From Eledone cirrhosa (Eukaryota): a stretch of 64,000 bases of DNA. Of the stretch, positions 23,500-37,000 are shown piece by piece. The notes below the pieces were generated by a model that worked only from the letters and a program-made list of their open reading frames with translations, had not been told where the DNA came from and ran no database searches. The stretch covers positions 103,292,001-103,356,000 of the forward strand of contig OZ024745.1 of assembly GCA_964016885.1 (NCBI GenBank), written 5' to 3'. The position numbers and the translations under genes are program-made. The number at the start of each line of letters is the position of its first letter. The stretch's first letter is position 1.

Positions 23500-24901
23500 A
23501 AGCAGGGCCTAGAAAAAAAGGGGTCTTAAAGTCAACCTGAGGTCCTAGTAAGTAGAAGTGAAAACAGAACCCTGATACCCTCAGGGAAATCGCTATGCTC
23601 AGTATGTAGGAAAGGTGTAGGTAGAAATTCCATCCTCTGCCCCAAATACAAACTATGGGATCTCTGGAAGTTTAGCTAAAAGCATAGGCTTTACATGTAG
23701 TGGTTGCACTAGGACTGTAAGCAGCAAACAATCACAAGAAACAAGCACTATCAAATTCTGGGAAGGCTTTGTAGATACAGTAGTCAACTTCTGCTACTTG
23801 GGTGAGAAAATTAGCAACAGAGGTGGGTGTTGTATAGTAGCCAGAGTAAGAACGCGATGGAAGAAGATCAGGGAGCTACCACTATTGCTAGCTACAAAAG
23901 GTAGACTGTATGATGCATGCATACAAACAGCAATGTTGCATGGTAGTATTTCCTGGGTGCAGTAGACTTGCATTAGACTTGCATAGATTGGAAAGGAATG
24001 AAGTTTGCATGCTCTGATGGATGTGTAATAGTAATATATGGAGTGGGGAGACCCAGGAAGACTTCAGATGAGGTGATAAAAGTTGACCTTGCACAATTGC
24101 ACCTTTCGAAGTCGATGACACAGGACCTTGATCTCTGGTGTTATGCGGTAATACAGAAGACCCAACTTCCCACGGACACAGGCTGTACATGAAGCATAGG
24201 TATAATATGCACCACCCACCCAACCGACTCCCACACATCTCTCATGAGAACAAGCTGAAGTATACATCCAGTGAAGCCTCCAGCCCACATTGTAAAGTGG
24301 TTGTGATGGTGACCTCAAAATGTGCCCAGCCCACACTGTAAAGTGGTCATGTAGGTGTCATGGCAAAAAGCACCCAATCCACACTGTAAAGTGGTTGTGT
24401 ATGGCAAAAAGCACCCAATCCACACTGTAAAGTAGTTGTGTATGGCAAAAAGCACCCAATCCACACTGTAAAGTAGTTGTGTATGGCACTAAGCACCCAG
24501 CCCACACTGTAAAGTAGTTGTGTATGGCAAAAAGCACCCAGCCCACACTGTAAAGTAGTTGTGTATGGCAAAAAGCACCCAGCCCACACTGTAAAGTAGT
24601 TGTGTATGGCAAAAAGCACCCAGCCCACACTGTAAAGTAGTTGTGTATGGCAAAAAGCACCCAGCCCTCACTGTAAAGTAGTCATGTAGGTGTCATGCCA
24701 AAAAGCACCCAGTACTCACTGTAAATGAGGTTAGCACTAGGAAGGGCATCCAGCTGTAGAAACCAAGCCCCAAATCAGTTCTGTATGAGCATGACATGGC
24801 CACCTGACCTAGCATTGCTCACAACAGGATAACTCGTCTAACCCATGCCAGTATGGAAAAATGGATGCTAAACGTTGATGGTGGTGATGATGATGATGAT
24901 A
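23500..24901 (+). mobile_element. Older RTE (PHD family) 3' fragment with an expanded 3' UTR
   Basis: Degenerate match to 22225-23100. Ends ...gctaaacgttgatggtggtgatgatgatgat. Confidence 0.85.
24370..24682. repeat. 41-bp tandem array, about 8 copies
   Basis: Unit gcacccagcccacactgtaaagtagttgtgtatggcaaaaa. Confidence 0.95.
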
Positions 24902-24967
24902 TATATATATATATATTTATATTGAAAGAATAACCAAAGAATTTGCAGAGATAAACACACATTTACA

Positions 24968-25016
<49 letters not shown>

Positions 25017-25254
25017 GCAAGAAGCAAAGAAAATTTCAATGATACAAAAGATTTCCTGGTGGAGACATTTTTCCAATCTCCCCCCCCCCCCCCCCCCCCG
25101 TCCTCTCATCTATCTTATTTCTCATTCTTTCTTTGGTTGAAGGACTAGCGTCCGAATGTTAAGGCCCTCTTCCTGCTATATCAAGTGTGACCTAATATAT
25201 CCCCCCCATATACTGTACCGATTGTGTTGTTATTTCTGTTTACCTTTTACATAT

Positions 25255-25504
25255 ATCATCATCACCGTTTTACGTCCGTTCTTCCACGCTAGCATGGGTT
25301 AGACGGATTTTCCTGTTGTGGGCAGTGTCTGGTCGGCTGACCATGCCTTGCTCATACAGGAACTGATTTGGCTTGGTTTCTACAGCTGGATGCCCTTCCT
25401 AACACCAACCTCATTTACAGTGAGTGCTGGGTACTTTTTTCCGTGGCGCCTACACGTCCACTTTACAGTGTGGGCTGGGTGCTTTTTTTTTTTCCGTGGC
25501 ACCT
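25255..25504 (-). mobile_element. RTE 3' UTR fragment; similar fragments at 39260-39990, 46123-46430, 59875-60225 and 61620-61830 (all -) and 47690-48193 (+)
   Basis: Shared cgtccgttcttccacgctagcatgggttagacgg ... ctacagctggatgcccttcctaacaccaacc with (tca)n tails. Confidence 0.85.
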
Positions 25505-25627
25505 ATATATATATATATATATAGTTTATATGCTTTTTTTATTTGTTTATATATTTTATTAAATATTTCACTTTATTTTATTTTTGGTAGATCCTTTAGG
25601 ATCAGCCAAGCTGGAATGATTGTGAGA

Positions 25628-25843
25628 TTAACCCTTTAGCATTTAAACCGGCTGTATCTGGTCAGAATTCTCTCACCTCTTTTTGTTCAAACCAGCTGTA
25701 AGCAGCTGCTCATATTGACATTAGGGTATTGTTCACAAAATAAATAATATCAAAATCTCATAGATTCGATATTATGTGGGATAAAGTGTTTACCTTGAAA
25801 ATAAAATAGTATATATAGAGTAATGTAAATGCTAAAGGGTTAA
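25628..25843. mobile_element. piggyBac-like MITE (about 215 bp, TTAA TSD); copies at 33595-33799, about 40395-40613, 47197-47426 and 48729-49540 (interrupted)
   Basis: TTAA-ccctttagcattta ... taaatgctaaaggg-TTAA terminal inverted repeats with a shared internal sequence. Confidence 0.85.
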
Positions 25844-26758
25844 ACCAATAACGTTAGATTTCAAGCATTTTCCAATCTACAACTAGGTTCAGATTCCACT
25901 AACCAGTTTTAAGTTGACTTGAAGATGTATGCATATTACCTTTGGGAGGAAGAGTATTTTATATGCGTTACTTACACATATTCTACTAAGTAATTATTCT
26001 TTATCCTCATATACTTTCATACTTCATTGCTTCTACATTCTCGCTGCTTCTCCTGTTATTCACACATTATTCAGACTGTATTATTTGTTGAAACAATTAA
26101 ACCATCTATTACTGGCTTGAAATATTTCCTTGTATTCCTTTACTATTTATTCCATTAAAGTTTCAGAAATAAATATTTCTTTTAGTCTTATCTTGAATTA
26201 TTAGTTAGCGTATGGTCACACATTTTTATTTCCAATATTCCATTCAAAGCATCAATATGTCTTTCTCTCTGATTTCTTATTATTATGCAAAATGGCTGAA
26301 CTTTTTACAGCATCCAAGATTTTCCTTGACCTTTATAATAGTGGAGATCATTGAATGAGATAACTGTAAATCTTGTGCAATAGCATTTACGTTTATTTTA
26401 TTTTATTGATATTTACTAATGATATTCATTTTAACTTGCAAATTATGACTTTTGATTCATGCCTAGTGTAATGGTAAATGGATAAATTTTCCTTTTGTGT
26501 GACATCTTTGATGGTACTCAATCTATGGAGGTTAAGCCAGATAGTTGCAATATGGCTGCTGAAGTAGAGATGATGCTGAGAAAAAAATGTGATGATGATG
26601 TCATTCAGAGATACATATGAAGGCACAAATATTTGAATGTAATTGCTAAAGCACAATAGACACATGGAGGAAATTTGAATGTACACATAGAAATATAAAT
26701 GTTCATATATTGGGGAGTTTCTACATCTTTATCTGGAATTTATATGAAATTGCAGGTT

Positions 26759-26903
26759 AAATCTGTATTTACTGAAATGCTGGTTGATGATAGAAAGGGC
26801 ATGCTGTGCATAAATCTGTATTTACTGAAATGCTGGTTGATGATAGAAAGGGCATGCTGTGCATAAATCTGTATTTACTGAAATGCTGGTTGATGATAGA
26901 AGG
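26759..26903. repeat. 53-bp tandem repeat, about 2.7 copies
   Basis: aaatctgtatttactgaaatgctggttgatgatagaaagggcatgctgtgcat starts at 26759, 26812 and 26865. Confidence 0.9.
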
Positions 26904-27469
26904 GGCAGACTATGGATAAATAAAAAGAAAAAAAAATCTAGACTGACTCCGGCGCTCATTATCATCATCTTCATCATCTTTGCATTCACTTTTCCATACT
27001 AGTATGGGTTGGATGAGGCTTTTTGAGGTAGTTTTAATGGCTGGACCCCTTCCTGGAACTGATTCATACCTTATTATTTCTAAGTATGGTATATATATAA
27101 CCAATGTTTGTCAACTCACGAAGTTGCCAGGGCGTATTATTTATGAGAGGCATAAACAAATATCACTGTTTGCTTATTAAATGGTGTCAATGCAAGTAAT
27201 GACTCACACACACCAACAACATCATTTTACATTTGTTTTTAATCTGGCTTAGATTGAATGGGTTGTCATGGTCCAAGACCAGATAGATTGGATCGACCCA
27301 TCTTGCTCATATGTTCCATATTTGGCATGGTCCATACTGTGTGCATTTTTTCATGGCACCAGCCATAGAGAGGTTGATATATGCTCACCCAGACTGAAGA
27401 GTCTTTTCAGCCTTATATTATCTCTGTTAAATCAGCTCTGTCATTCACATACACTAACACTACACATCT

Positions 27470-28445
27470 AGTATAGCTGCTTCAGATCTTCTACACTCAT
27501 GACCCATGTCTCACTGCCAAGCAACATAGCAGTTTGATCACAAGAATTATATAATCTGCCCTTCACTCTGAGCAAGAAATCTTTTATTGCCAACAGAGGT
27601 AGCAACTTTCTGAACTTACACCTTGTTCTTACACTAGTTATGACAATTATGATGCATACCCCACCACTGCTAATAAGGTAATCTGGATAGTGAAAGGTTT
27701 CTGCTATTTCTAGTGAGCCTTCTGATCATTTGAGAGAGCTTATGAGAACTCTTAATGATGACTACTCCAGTGCATTTGTCACATGTGAAGTTTACCTTCC
27801 TTGACAGCCTACCTGTGATCTTACTACTACACTTGTGTGTCTACTGTCCACACTAGGTACAATGTATAAAGTTTCTAACTTCTCCTTTTCAACATATTGA
27901 GCACAGCTGTTTACTTGGTAGTATAAGAGTCATATTTCCTTCCCTACTTACTAAATAAAACTTTAGTTTTATTTTAGGATTCTTTGATTCCAGATTTTAT
28001 TTTCATGCCTAGAACTTCTCTAATTCTTTGTAGTTTTTGCCATAACAGCTAGAACATCATCCTACAGAAGTTACCAACGAAATCCAGTCTTGAATTCTTG
28101 TTTTGACTTGGATGATTATAATAAACAGGAGGAGGGACTTCTACCAGCACACTAAATCCATTGCTGCATTCATTGTTAACCTTCATCTTGTTGACTGCAC
28201 CATCGTTTTTATGTCAGTTTTTCCATGCTTGCATGACCCAGACAGGTCCTCTCCAGTACAACATTTCTCCATTTGTTTCTTTCCTTTATCATCTCTTTTG
28301 CCCATGTTTTTCTTGGACACTCTCTCCCACAGCTTTCTTCTACTTGGAACTACTGGCCATATGTGTTACATGTCCATACCAGCACAATCTTCTCTCCTGC
28401 ACATTATATCTGATTCCTCATTTGCCTAGTTTTTCTCTCTGCTCA
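27470..28445 (-). mobile_element. Old degenerate RTE (PHD family) fragments; another at about 51060-52060 (-) and a 3' end at 40833-41155 (-)
   Basis: Antisense remnants of GRLY...MLLGSETW, the PHD cysteines and RRLHWYGHVMCM...RGRPRKTW. Confidence 0.7.
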
Positions 28446-29199
28446 TCTTCATCGATCATACACAATAACATTATACATCCAACAGAGCATACTTGATCAG
28501 GAAATGTAGTGATCCAGTGACTGACCAATTCAAAACCTACTGCCAAATATAAAAAATAATCATTTCTCACAAATTAATTGTTTAATACAATTTATATTTC
28601 ATATTTTGAACATGAGCAGAGTTATTTACAGGTTTCAAATGACCAATCACTGGTTCATTGCATTTCTGAGAACAATAGTGTCAGGCAAATGTCTAACTTA
28701 ATATATGACTAATATCTCAAACATTTCTATTTATTTGTAAAATACTGGTATTTTGTAATTTTCTCTAATGCTTACATCTTTCTCAGTATATATATATCAA
28801 TGAAACACACACATACACACACACAACAAGCTTCTGTACAGTTCCCATCTACCAACTTCTACTTGCAAGGTACTGGTCAATATGAAACTATAATAGAAGA
28901 CATTTTCCCAAGGTGCTAGTGCAAGAATGCAAACCCCAAACCACATGATTACAAAGCAAACATCTTACCAATACAACTAACGAAAAATCTAAAGTCTGTC
29001 TCAAGCCCAGAGGCTCATCCTGTTGATACTTACCCCAGTTTCTATAGCATGAAGCAACACACAATCCAATCCAGGAGTCAAACCCTCGACATTATGTCCA
29101 ACACCCTTACTACTAGGCCACACACTTCCACTATACCAAAACACAATGTTTATAGTATATCACTACTAACACAATGTTTATAGGATATCAGTACTATCA

Positions 29200-29390
29200 T
29201 AATTGTTTCAACTTTTGGCACAAGGCCAGCAATTATCCCAGTACATTACTGGTACTTTATTTTATCGACCTCATAAGGATGAAAGGCAAAGTCAACCTTA
29301 GCAGGATTTGAACTCAGATCGTAAATGGCCGTAACTCTATGCTGCAAAGCATGGCATCCAACCCTCCACCGATACTGCCAATCCACTGCC
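29200..29390 (-). mobile_element. Main-family tRNA-derived SINE; further copies at 33393-33567 (+), 42340-42883 (cluster, +), 44497-44687 (-), 45651-45843 (+), 45858-46045 (-), 46971-47155 (-), 50371-50555 (-), 54641-54814 (-) and 57998-58180 (+)
   Basis: High similarity to the copies at 12520-13262. Several have clear TSDs, e.g. tctgtcagaaaataat at 54625/54815 and taatttaattttctaataat at 50351/50560. Confidence 0.9.
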
Positions 29391-30221
29391 TACTATCAGA
29401 ATGTTTATAGAATATCACTACTTTCATTAGCTATCATAAATTTTATAGAATATCACTAACTATCACAATATTTATAAGATATAACTATCAATAGTTATCA
29501 CTTGTTATATCCTCATGTTCAAAATTTTTTTTTTTTACTTTTTTTACTTTTTTTTACAATATGAATAGATAGAGCTAAGCTGTAGTGTAAAGCTTGTCAA
29601 TAACTGTATATCTGAGTGAGGATTAATTGGGTGTGTCAATATGCATCTGTATTTGTGTGAGCATTCATATATGTGTGGATACTTATGTATGCACATTAAT
29701 CTCCATATTCCTGCACACTCACTGAGAGAGAGAGCACAATTATGAATGTATGTTTAAGAAGTTAGTTTTATAGCCATATGGTTTCAGGTTAAATTCTGTT
29801 ACATGGCATGTTGAACCAGTGACCTCCTCTCTGACCTTGGCTTAACTAATGCCTTGTGAGTAAAAACTGGTAGACAAAAATTATGTAGAAGGTCATCATA
29901 TATGTTTATGTATGTGTGTGTGATTGTCTTCCACATATGTCTTTATGTTGATACCACTTAAACAAATGATGCTGTCTATATGTTTCCTGAATAAACAATG
30001 TGTTCTATTTTATTTATATATTCATTCAATTTAAACGTCCGTATAGAGCTAGTAAGCCACATCAGACTAGGGGAAGTATCGAGTACTCCTTACAGTTGGT
30101 AATCAAAAAGAGCTAGTGAGACAAGTAATAAAAATTAATTAAAGAAGGGATAAAAGTGTAATGCCTAAAAAATGTCTCACACCAACCATAGCATCATGAA
30201 GATACATATTATAGTTTCCAT

Positions 30222-30410
30222 CTACAGATTTCATTTACAAGGCATTGGTTAGCTCAGAACTATATTAGAAGACATTTGCTCGAGGTGCCACACAATTGGA
30301 TTTAACCTGAATACAGATTTCATTTACAAGGCATTGGTTAGCTCAGAACTGTATTAGAAGACATTTGCTCGAGGTGCCACACAGTTGGATTGAACCTGAA
30401 ACCATACAGT
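30222..30410 (-). mobile_element. Second SINE family with an internal tandem duplication of about 90 bp; related copies at about 6340-6470, 28830-28975, 29750-29900, 42025-42150 and 60705-60840
   Basis: ggttcaatcc...tgtggcacctcgagcaaatgtcttct...ccaatgccttgtaaatgaaatctgtag on the minus strand, duplicated here. Confidence 0.65.
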
Positions 30411-30838
30411 CACGCTTGGGTCTGATAATGGTTTCTAATTTTGGCACAAGACTGGTAATTTGTCAGGGGAGGGTTTAAGTTGAGTAAATTGACTGCAGTA
30501 CCTGGCCTGAGAAGGATAAAAAGCAAAGTTGACTTATTTGAATTCAGAATGTAACAAATCAGAAGAAAAAGTGGCAAATCATTTGTCCAATGTTCCGATG
30601 CTGTAATGACTCTAACAAATGTAAAAATAAAATATAAATAAATAAATAAATAAATAAAAACATTATGCTATAATTTATAAATTGGAATTCCATCGTTTTT
30701 TATAAATTATTCAGGATGTGATACAACAAGCTAACTAGATAGGAAACTTTCTCAAACCAAATCAATACAAACAGAAATCAACTACTAAAGGAGTCTGTTA
30801 AGTCAAAGCAACCAATCAATAAGGATATTGAAAAGATC

Positions 30839-31070
30839 TTAACCCTTTTAATGTATGTTTGTCTTGAACAACCTCTGGCTCTCTATAATTCAATACTGTT
30901 TGTTTTAAAGTGTTTATATTAATCTATAAAAACCTTCCATCATAATTTTATGTTAGAACCTTTTAAAGTTATTTATTTTATTAAATCTCTCAAATTCTTG
31001 ATTATTTCCAAAATGATATGAAAATGATAGCTAGTGTATTCCATTAGAAATATTGTAATGAAAGGGTTAA
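30839..31070. mobile_element. Second piggyBac-like MITE family
   Basis: TTAA-ccctttt ... aaaggg-TTAA termini. The interior is unrelated to the 25628 family. Confidence 0.55.
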
Positions 31071-31471
31071 AATTGAAATACCCTTCTAATATGCAGAAAT
31101 GGTATATTATAAAAAATAATTGGTGCTAAGTGATTTTCTGTGATTACTTCACTTACAAGAAATAGCAGCTAAATCTCTCTCAAGTCACACCAAGTTATTT
31201 TTAAATAAGAAGAGCATATTAGACAATGTAGTCCCTGCTATACAGAAAGATCTTTCATCTTAATTCTGCTGGATCAAGGCTGAGTTTAGTCTAAACAAAT
31301 ATTTGTGGTTTAATAAAAAATTCAGTCGCTGTGGTTGATAGGCAAAGCCTGTCAGCCACAAAAATCTATACATTAACTTATATTCTCTCCTTGATGAATC
31401 TATATCATTATCATTTAACGTCCATTTTGCCAGTTAGCAATGATTGAATCAGTACTACTGAATTCTCAGAT

Positions 31472-32905
31472 GGACAGGACTTTTGTATTATAGTATATCA
31501 GTAGTCAGCTCAATCCTGTGTCATCTCTATCACAGTGTTTGTATTAGTGGACAGGACTTTTGTATTATAGTATATCAGTAGTCAGCTCAATCCTGTGTCA
31601 TCTCTGTCACAGTGTTTGTATTAGTGGACAGGACTTTTGTATTATAGTATATCAGTAGTCAGCTCAATCCTGTGTCATCTCTGTCACAGTGTTTGTATTA
31701 GTGGATAGGACTTTTGTATTATAGTATATCAGTAGTCAGCTCAATCCTGTGTCATCTCTGTCACAGTGTTTGTATTAGTGGATAGGACTTTTGTATTATA
31801 GTATATCAGTAGTCAGCTCAATCCTGTGTCATCTCTGTCACAGTGTTTGTGCTGGTGGACAGGTATTTTGTATTATGTCATATCACCACCGAGCTCAGTC
31901 CCATGTCATCTCTATCACAGTGTTTGTATTAGTGGACAGGTCTTTTGTATTATGGTATATCAGCAGACAACTCAGTCCTGTGTCATCTCTGCCACAGTGT
32001 TTGTGCTGGTGGACAGGTATTTTGTATTATAGTATATCAGCAGACAGCTCAGTCCCGTGTCATCTCTGTCACAGTGTTTGTGCTGGTGGACAGGTATTTT
32101 GTATTATAGTATATCAGTAGTCAGCTCAATCCTGTGTCATCTCTGCCACAGTGTTTATACAGGTGGACAGGTCTTTTGTATTATAGTATATCAGTAGTCA
32201 GCTCAATCCTGTGTCATCTCTGCCACAGTGTTTGTATTAGTGGACAGGACTTTTGTATTATGGTATATCAGTAGTCAGCTCAATCCTGTGTCATCTCTGC
32301 CACAGTGTTTGTATTAGTGGACAGGTATTTTGTATTATGGTATATCAGCAGACAACTCAGTCCTGTGTCATCTCTGTCACAGTGTTTGTGCTGGTGGACA
32401 GGTATTTTGTATTATGGTATATCAGCAGACAACTCAGTCCTGTGTCATCTCTGCCACAGTGTTTGTGCTGGTGGACAGGTATTTTGTATTATAGTATATC
32501 AGCAGACAGCTCAGTCCCGTGTCATCTCTGTCACAGTGTTTGTGCTGGTGGACAGGTATTTTGTATTATAGTATATCAGTAGTCAGCTCAATCCTGTGTC
32601 ATCTCTGCCACAGTGTTTATACAGGTGGACAGGTCTTTTGTATTATAGTATATCAGTAGTCAGCTCAATCCTGTGTCATCTCTGCCACAGTGTTTGTATT
32701 AGTGGACAGGACTTTTGTATTATGGTATATCAGTAGTCAGCTCAATCCTGTGTCATCTCTGCCACAGTGTTTGTATTAGTGGACAGGTATTTTGTATTAT
32801 GGTATATCAGCAGACAACTCAGTCCTGTGTCATCTCTGTCACAGTGTTTGTGCTGGTGGACAGGTATTTTGTATTATGACATATCATCAGTCAGTTCAGT
32901 CCTGT
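31472..32905. repeat. 77-bp tandem array (about 18.5 copies) with a 462-bp (6-unit) higher-order duplication
   Basis: Unit ggacaggacttttgtattatagtatatcagtagtcagctcaatcctgtgtcatctctgtcacagtgtttgtattagt. The variant cagtgtttatacagg recurs 462 bp apart. Confidence 0.95.
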
Positions 32906-35062
32906 GTCTTAACCCTTGTGAGACTCAGTTTCTTGAGATTGTTTTCATAACTTCATCCCATGTCTTCATTGGTTTCCTCTTCCACACATTCAAATGCTCA
33001 ACTCCTTTTTATACAATACATGCTCCCCATTCACATCATATGACCATATGAGTGCAATTGTCTCCCTTGTATGTTACATTCATTTCCTATTACTCTATTT
33101 CTTTTTATCTATTTTGAGTTCATCAAATAAAGTCTACTTACCAGCTAGTTATATGTATATGTGTAAATGCATATATCTTCATGTGTATATGTGTGCATGC
33201 ATATATCTGCATGTGTATGTGTGTAAATATGTGCATTTGTATATGAATGTAATGTTTATTCATCTACATGCAGATGTTCTTGTCGTGTAAATGAATAAAT
33301 AGAAATAAAAACCACTGCTACACCTTCTTCCTTCAACTTGCATACTGAGTAACAGTTTGTAGTATATATTTAATCTGTCATTATAAACTAATATCGGTAG
33401 AGGGTCGGACGCCATGTTTTGACGTATAGAGTTACAGCTTTTGCCATTCTGAGTTCAAATCCAGCCGAGGTTAACTTTGCCTTTCATCCTTACGGGGTCG
33501 ATAAAATAAAGTACCAGTAATGCACTGGGTAATTGCTGGCCTTGTGCCAAAAGTGGAAACAATTATAAACTAATACCACCAATCTACCGCCAGTTTAACC
33601 CTTTAACATTTAAACTGGCCATATCCAGCCAAAATTCTGCCACCTCTTTTTGTTCAAACCAGCCGTAACTGGCCGCTCATACTTATGTTAAGGTATTGTT
33701 CTCAAAATAAATAGATTTGATATTACATGAGATAATTATGAGATAAAGTGTTTACTGTGAAAATATAATAGTATATATAGAGTAATGTAAAAGGGTTAAT
33801 GATTCCACAAAATAATTTAATACTCCAAAGCAATGTATAAACTGATTGATGGGAAAGTTTCAAATTATTTAGGCCCTTTACAAATGGATCTTAATGAGAT
33901 GGAAAGGGGGGTTTATTCTTTTACTTTATTCTATTCTTTCATTGGTTTTAATCGTGGGACTTAGACCATGATGGGGCAGAGTTTTTAAAGGTCTTTAGTT
34001 AATCATGTTGATTACAATGCTTATTTTTTTAAATCTGGTTCATATTTTATCGATCTCGAGTTGTTGAACTACTAAGTTACAGGACACAGGCATGTTTCTA
34101 CTACATAAAGCTGTAGTAGAAACAGACTTGTTCAATGTGTCACATTGTGAGACTGAAACCAAATCCACATTGTTTCAAAGTGAAGAAGCAGTGTATTCAT
34201 GAACTAAAGAGTATTTATTTGTATCATGAATATTCATTATTCCTAAGATATACATATCAGTTCAAACAATTTATTCCATGTCTTTCATATACTGGCTGGC
34301 CACATTGGTGTGATAATGGAATATTTTATGGATACTGTCCAGTGATATAAGTAAGATGAAAGGTCTTGGATATTCTAATCATCAGATGTTTCATAACATT
34401 CAAAGCTATTTAGTTAAAACTTATCAGTATCATCATAGTTTAACATCCATTTTCTATATGCGTATGTATATACATATATATATTTATATATTTATATGTG
34501 TGTGTGTTTACTGTTTGTTTGTGTCTTGTAATTTAGCAGTTCAACAAATAGAGATCAATAAAAAAGAAAGTACCAGACTTGTAAAATGATGTACTTGGGT
34601 CAATATGATTGACTAATTCTTTTGAATAAATATACTTACACAGACATACACACATAACCCCCCCCCCCCCGACACACACACACACACACACTAATACAGC
34701 TATATTTTGTATTTCTTTGATACCAAATACATACACACATATAATGGACCAATTACATGGGTTGATTGACCCACCAGATTTAGAGAGAGAGAGAGAGTAA
34801 TAGAGAAGAAGAATTGACCCCAGTTTTGGACTGGTACATTTTATCGACCTTGAAAGAATGAAAGGCAAAGTTAACCTTGGGTTTCAAACTAAAAGAGCAG
34901 AGAGCCAGAAGAAATACTGCAAAGTATTCTATCCAATGTTCTAACTTCTCAACCAATTTGCCACCTCTATACTCATTGCCTATGAGAAATTAATAAAGGA
35001 AAAGTGGAATCCTGAATATACCCCTATAAAGAAAATATGTATGTGTGTACATTGTATGGTAT

Positions 35063-35392
35063 GATCCCATAACTCCTGATAGAGTCGTAGGGGTGCCGTA
35101 GTGACATATGGCATTTCTTGTGCATTTTAAACCTGGTGGAGCCCATCCTTCTCCAGGTCTGAGTACAGCAGATTTCTTCCAGATAAAGATAGAAAGTGAG
35201 AGATTGGAAATGAGAAAGAGATATAGAGGAAGAATCGACCCCAGTACTTTACTGGTACTTTTTTTATCGACATCGAAAGGATGAAAGGCAAAGTTGACCT
35301 CGACGGGATTTGAACTCAGAGAGCAGAGAGACAGAACGAATACCATAAAGCATTTTAGGCGATGTTCTAATGACTCTGCCAATTTGTCACCT
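35063..35392 (-). mobile_element. SINE sharing the main-family body but with a different, longer 3' region; copies at 38954-39238 and about 52826-53150
   Basis: Shared atcccataactcc...gtcgtag...ttttaaacctgg...cccatcc.tctccaggt joined to the gaaaggatgaaaggcaaagttgacctc...gatttgaactcag body. Confidence 0.75.
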
Positions 35393-36825
35393 TATATGTG
35401 TGTAGATACACACATCAAATTTGAAGAGCCATTAGAGAATTGTATAGAGTGCCATGCAGTATTTGCTTTGACATGTTACAATATGAGTTCAAATCCTGCC
35501 TAGTTCTACTTTGTATTTCCATTTTGTGGTATGATAGATAAAGAGCAATGGATTGGTGGAATGTTAGGGCATTAGTCAAGATGCCTTGAAGAATCTATTT
35601 CAGTTCTTTGATCTGAGCCAAAATCTAGCTCCCTTTCTCCACAAAAAATATTCTTCAGAACTCAGTGGTAGACTTAAGAAGTCCTTAAGTAACTGACCAA
35701 GTATTTTAGCTAAAGTCTGTCTTAAGCCAGAAGGCTCATTAGGCCAGTGCTTATCCTGGTTTCATGGCATGAAGGGACTGAGAGTACAAGACTTCTCCCT
35801 GGACTGGACGCCAGTCCATCGCAGGGTTAAACCCCCAGCTATTGCTGGTACTCATTTTCAGCTGAGTATACTGGAGCAGAATGAAATGAACTAAACTCAC
35901 ATTATGATTGTAAGTCTAACACCCTTACTTCTAGCTACTCACTTTAAATGCAAGCACACCAGCTGACTGGAGAGAATAAAAAACCTTTCAACAAATGTAG
36001 GAAGGAGTACAAAGGGAAATAATAGATATAGACTACATCCCAAATCTATCATAAGTGAAATAATTTAGCAAAAATATAATTAGTCAAGAACGGGAAAAAC
36101 TTTTCAGAAAATCTAGAGATAAGCTCCCAAATTTCAATCCTCCACTTTCTCAACCAGATCTAATAACATTTAAAATATATCAAATACTGAACAATTTTAA
36201 TTTAAAAAAAAGCCTATACTGGCTTTGAACTAGACATATACCATTGAACTACATCTTAACACAAACAACTCATAATGAATCACTTCTATGTTCTTGTGGT
36301 GACTCTATTTGTTCCAATGTAAAGACTATCAGTCTGAGATAGTGGACATCTTGAAGCCGATCATTAAAAAACTCCCAAGATTGGAGATACAATATATTTT
36401 AAAAGGTCTGCCAACTATAAACAAAATTTTTGAGTACATAGAGGCTGCAGCTTTACAGCTTCCCTTGTTTAATACTTATTTTGTCTCTTGTTGGCCCTCC
36501 CTATTAAATTTTTCTAACAACTGCCTCGAGTTGTTAATGTACTAGACAGCAATTAGCTATTTTAACAGCTATTCTTGCATTGAGTTTTTCTCATTATTCT
36601 ATGAATGTATATATATATATATATTTATTAAAATAACAGATTAAAGTTTAAGCAAAGAATCACTCACTGCTTTTCACCCTTAACGGGATCTTCTAAAATT
36701 CATTTTAATATTTTAATAAATATTTTCTTCATGGTTCTTATAAATTTGATATATATTTATCCTTATCAAGCCCGCTTTAGATTTTAGTCTTAACATTTAT
36801 TATTATTACTATATATATATACATA

Positions 36826-36951
36826 CAGGGTGGCACAAAAGTCACGCAACAGTAAAAATAACACTTTGCAATAGCTTCATATTTGTTATTTTTATCAGTA
36901 AATATTCATTAGTTGATCATTAGGGTGGTGCGTGACTTTTGCACCACCCTA
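36826..36951. mobile_element. Tc1/mariner-type MITE
   Basis: TIRs cagggtggcacaaaagtcacgca / tgcgtgacttttgcaccacccta with TA flanks. Confidence 0.8.
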
Positions 36952-37000
36952 TATATATGAAAAGGTGGGTGTGAGAGGAATCAGATGTAGTGTGCAAGCC

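Noticed and set aside
25591-25621. Possible 31-nt host micro-exon (ttttggtag/…/gtgaga); similar AG-preceded segments at about 30715, 41443 and 43069
   Set aside because: Splice-like signals alone are common in AT-rich DNA, and there is no coherent multi-exon reading frame or homology. RNA-seq would be needed.
31472-33051. Cys-rich ORFs or CRISPR-like array
   Set aside because: The 77-bp period shifts frame each unit. It is a LINE-derived satellite with no spacers.
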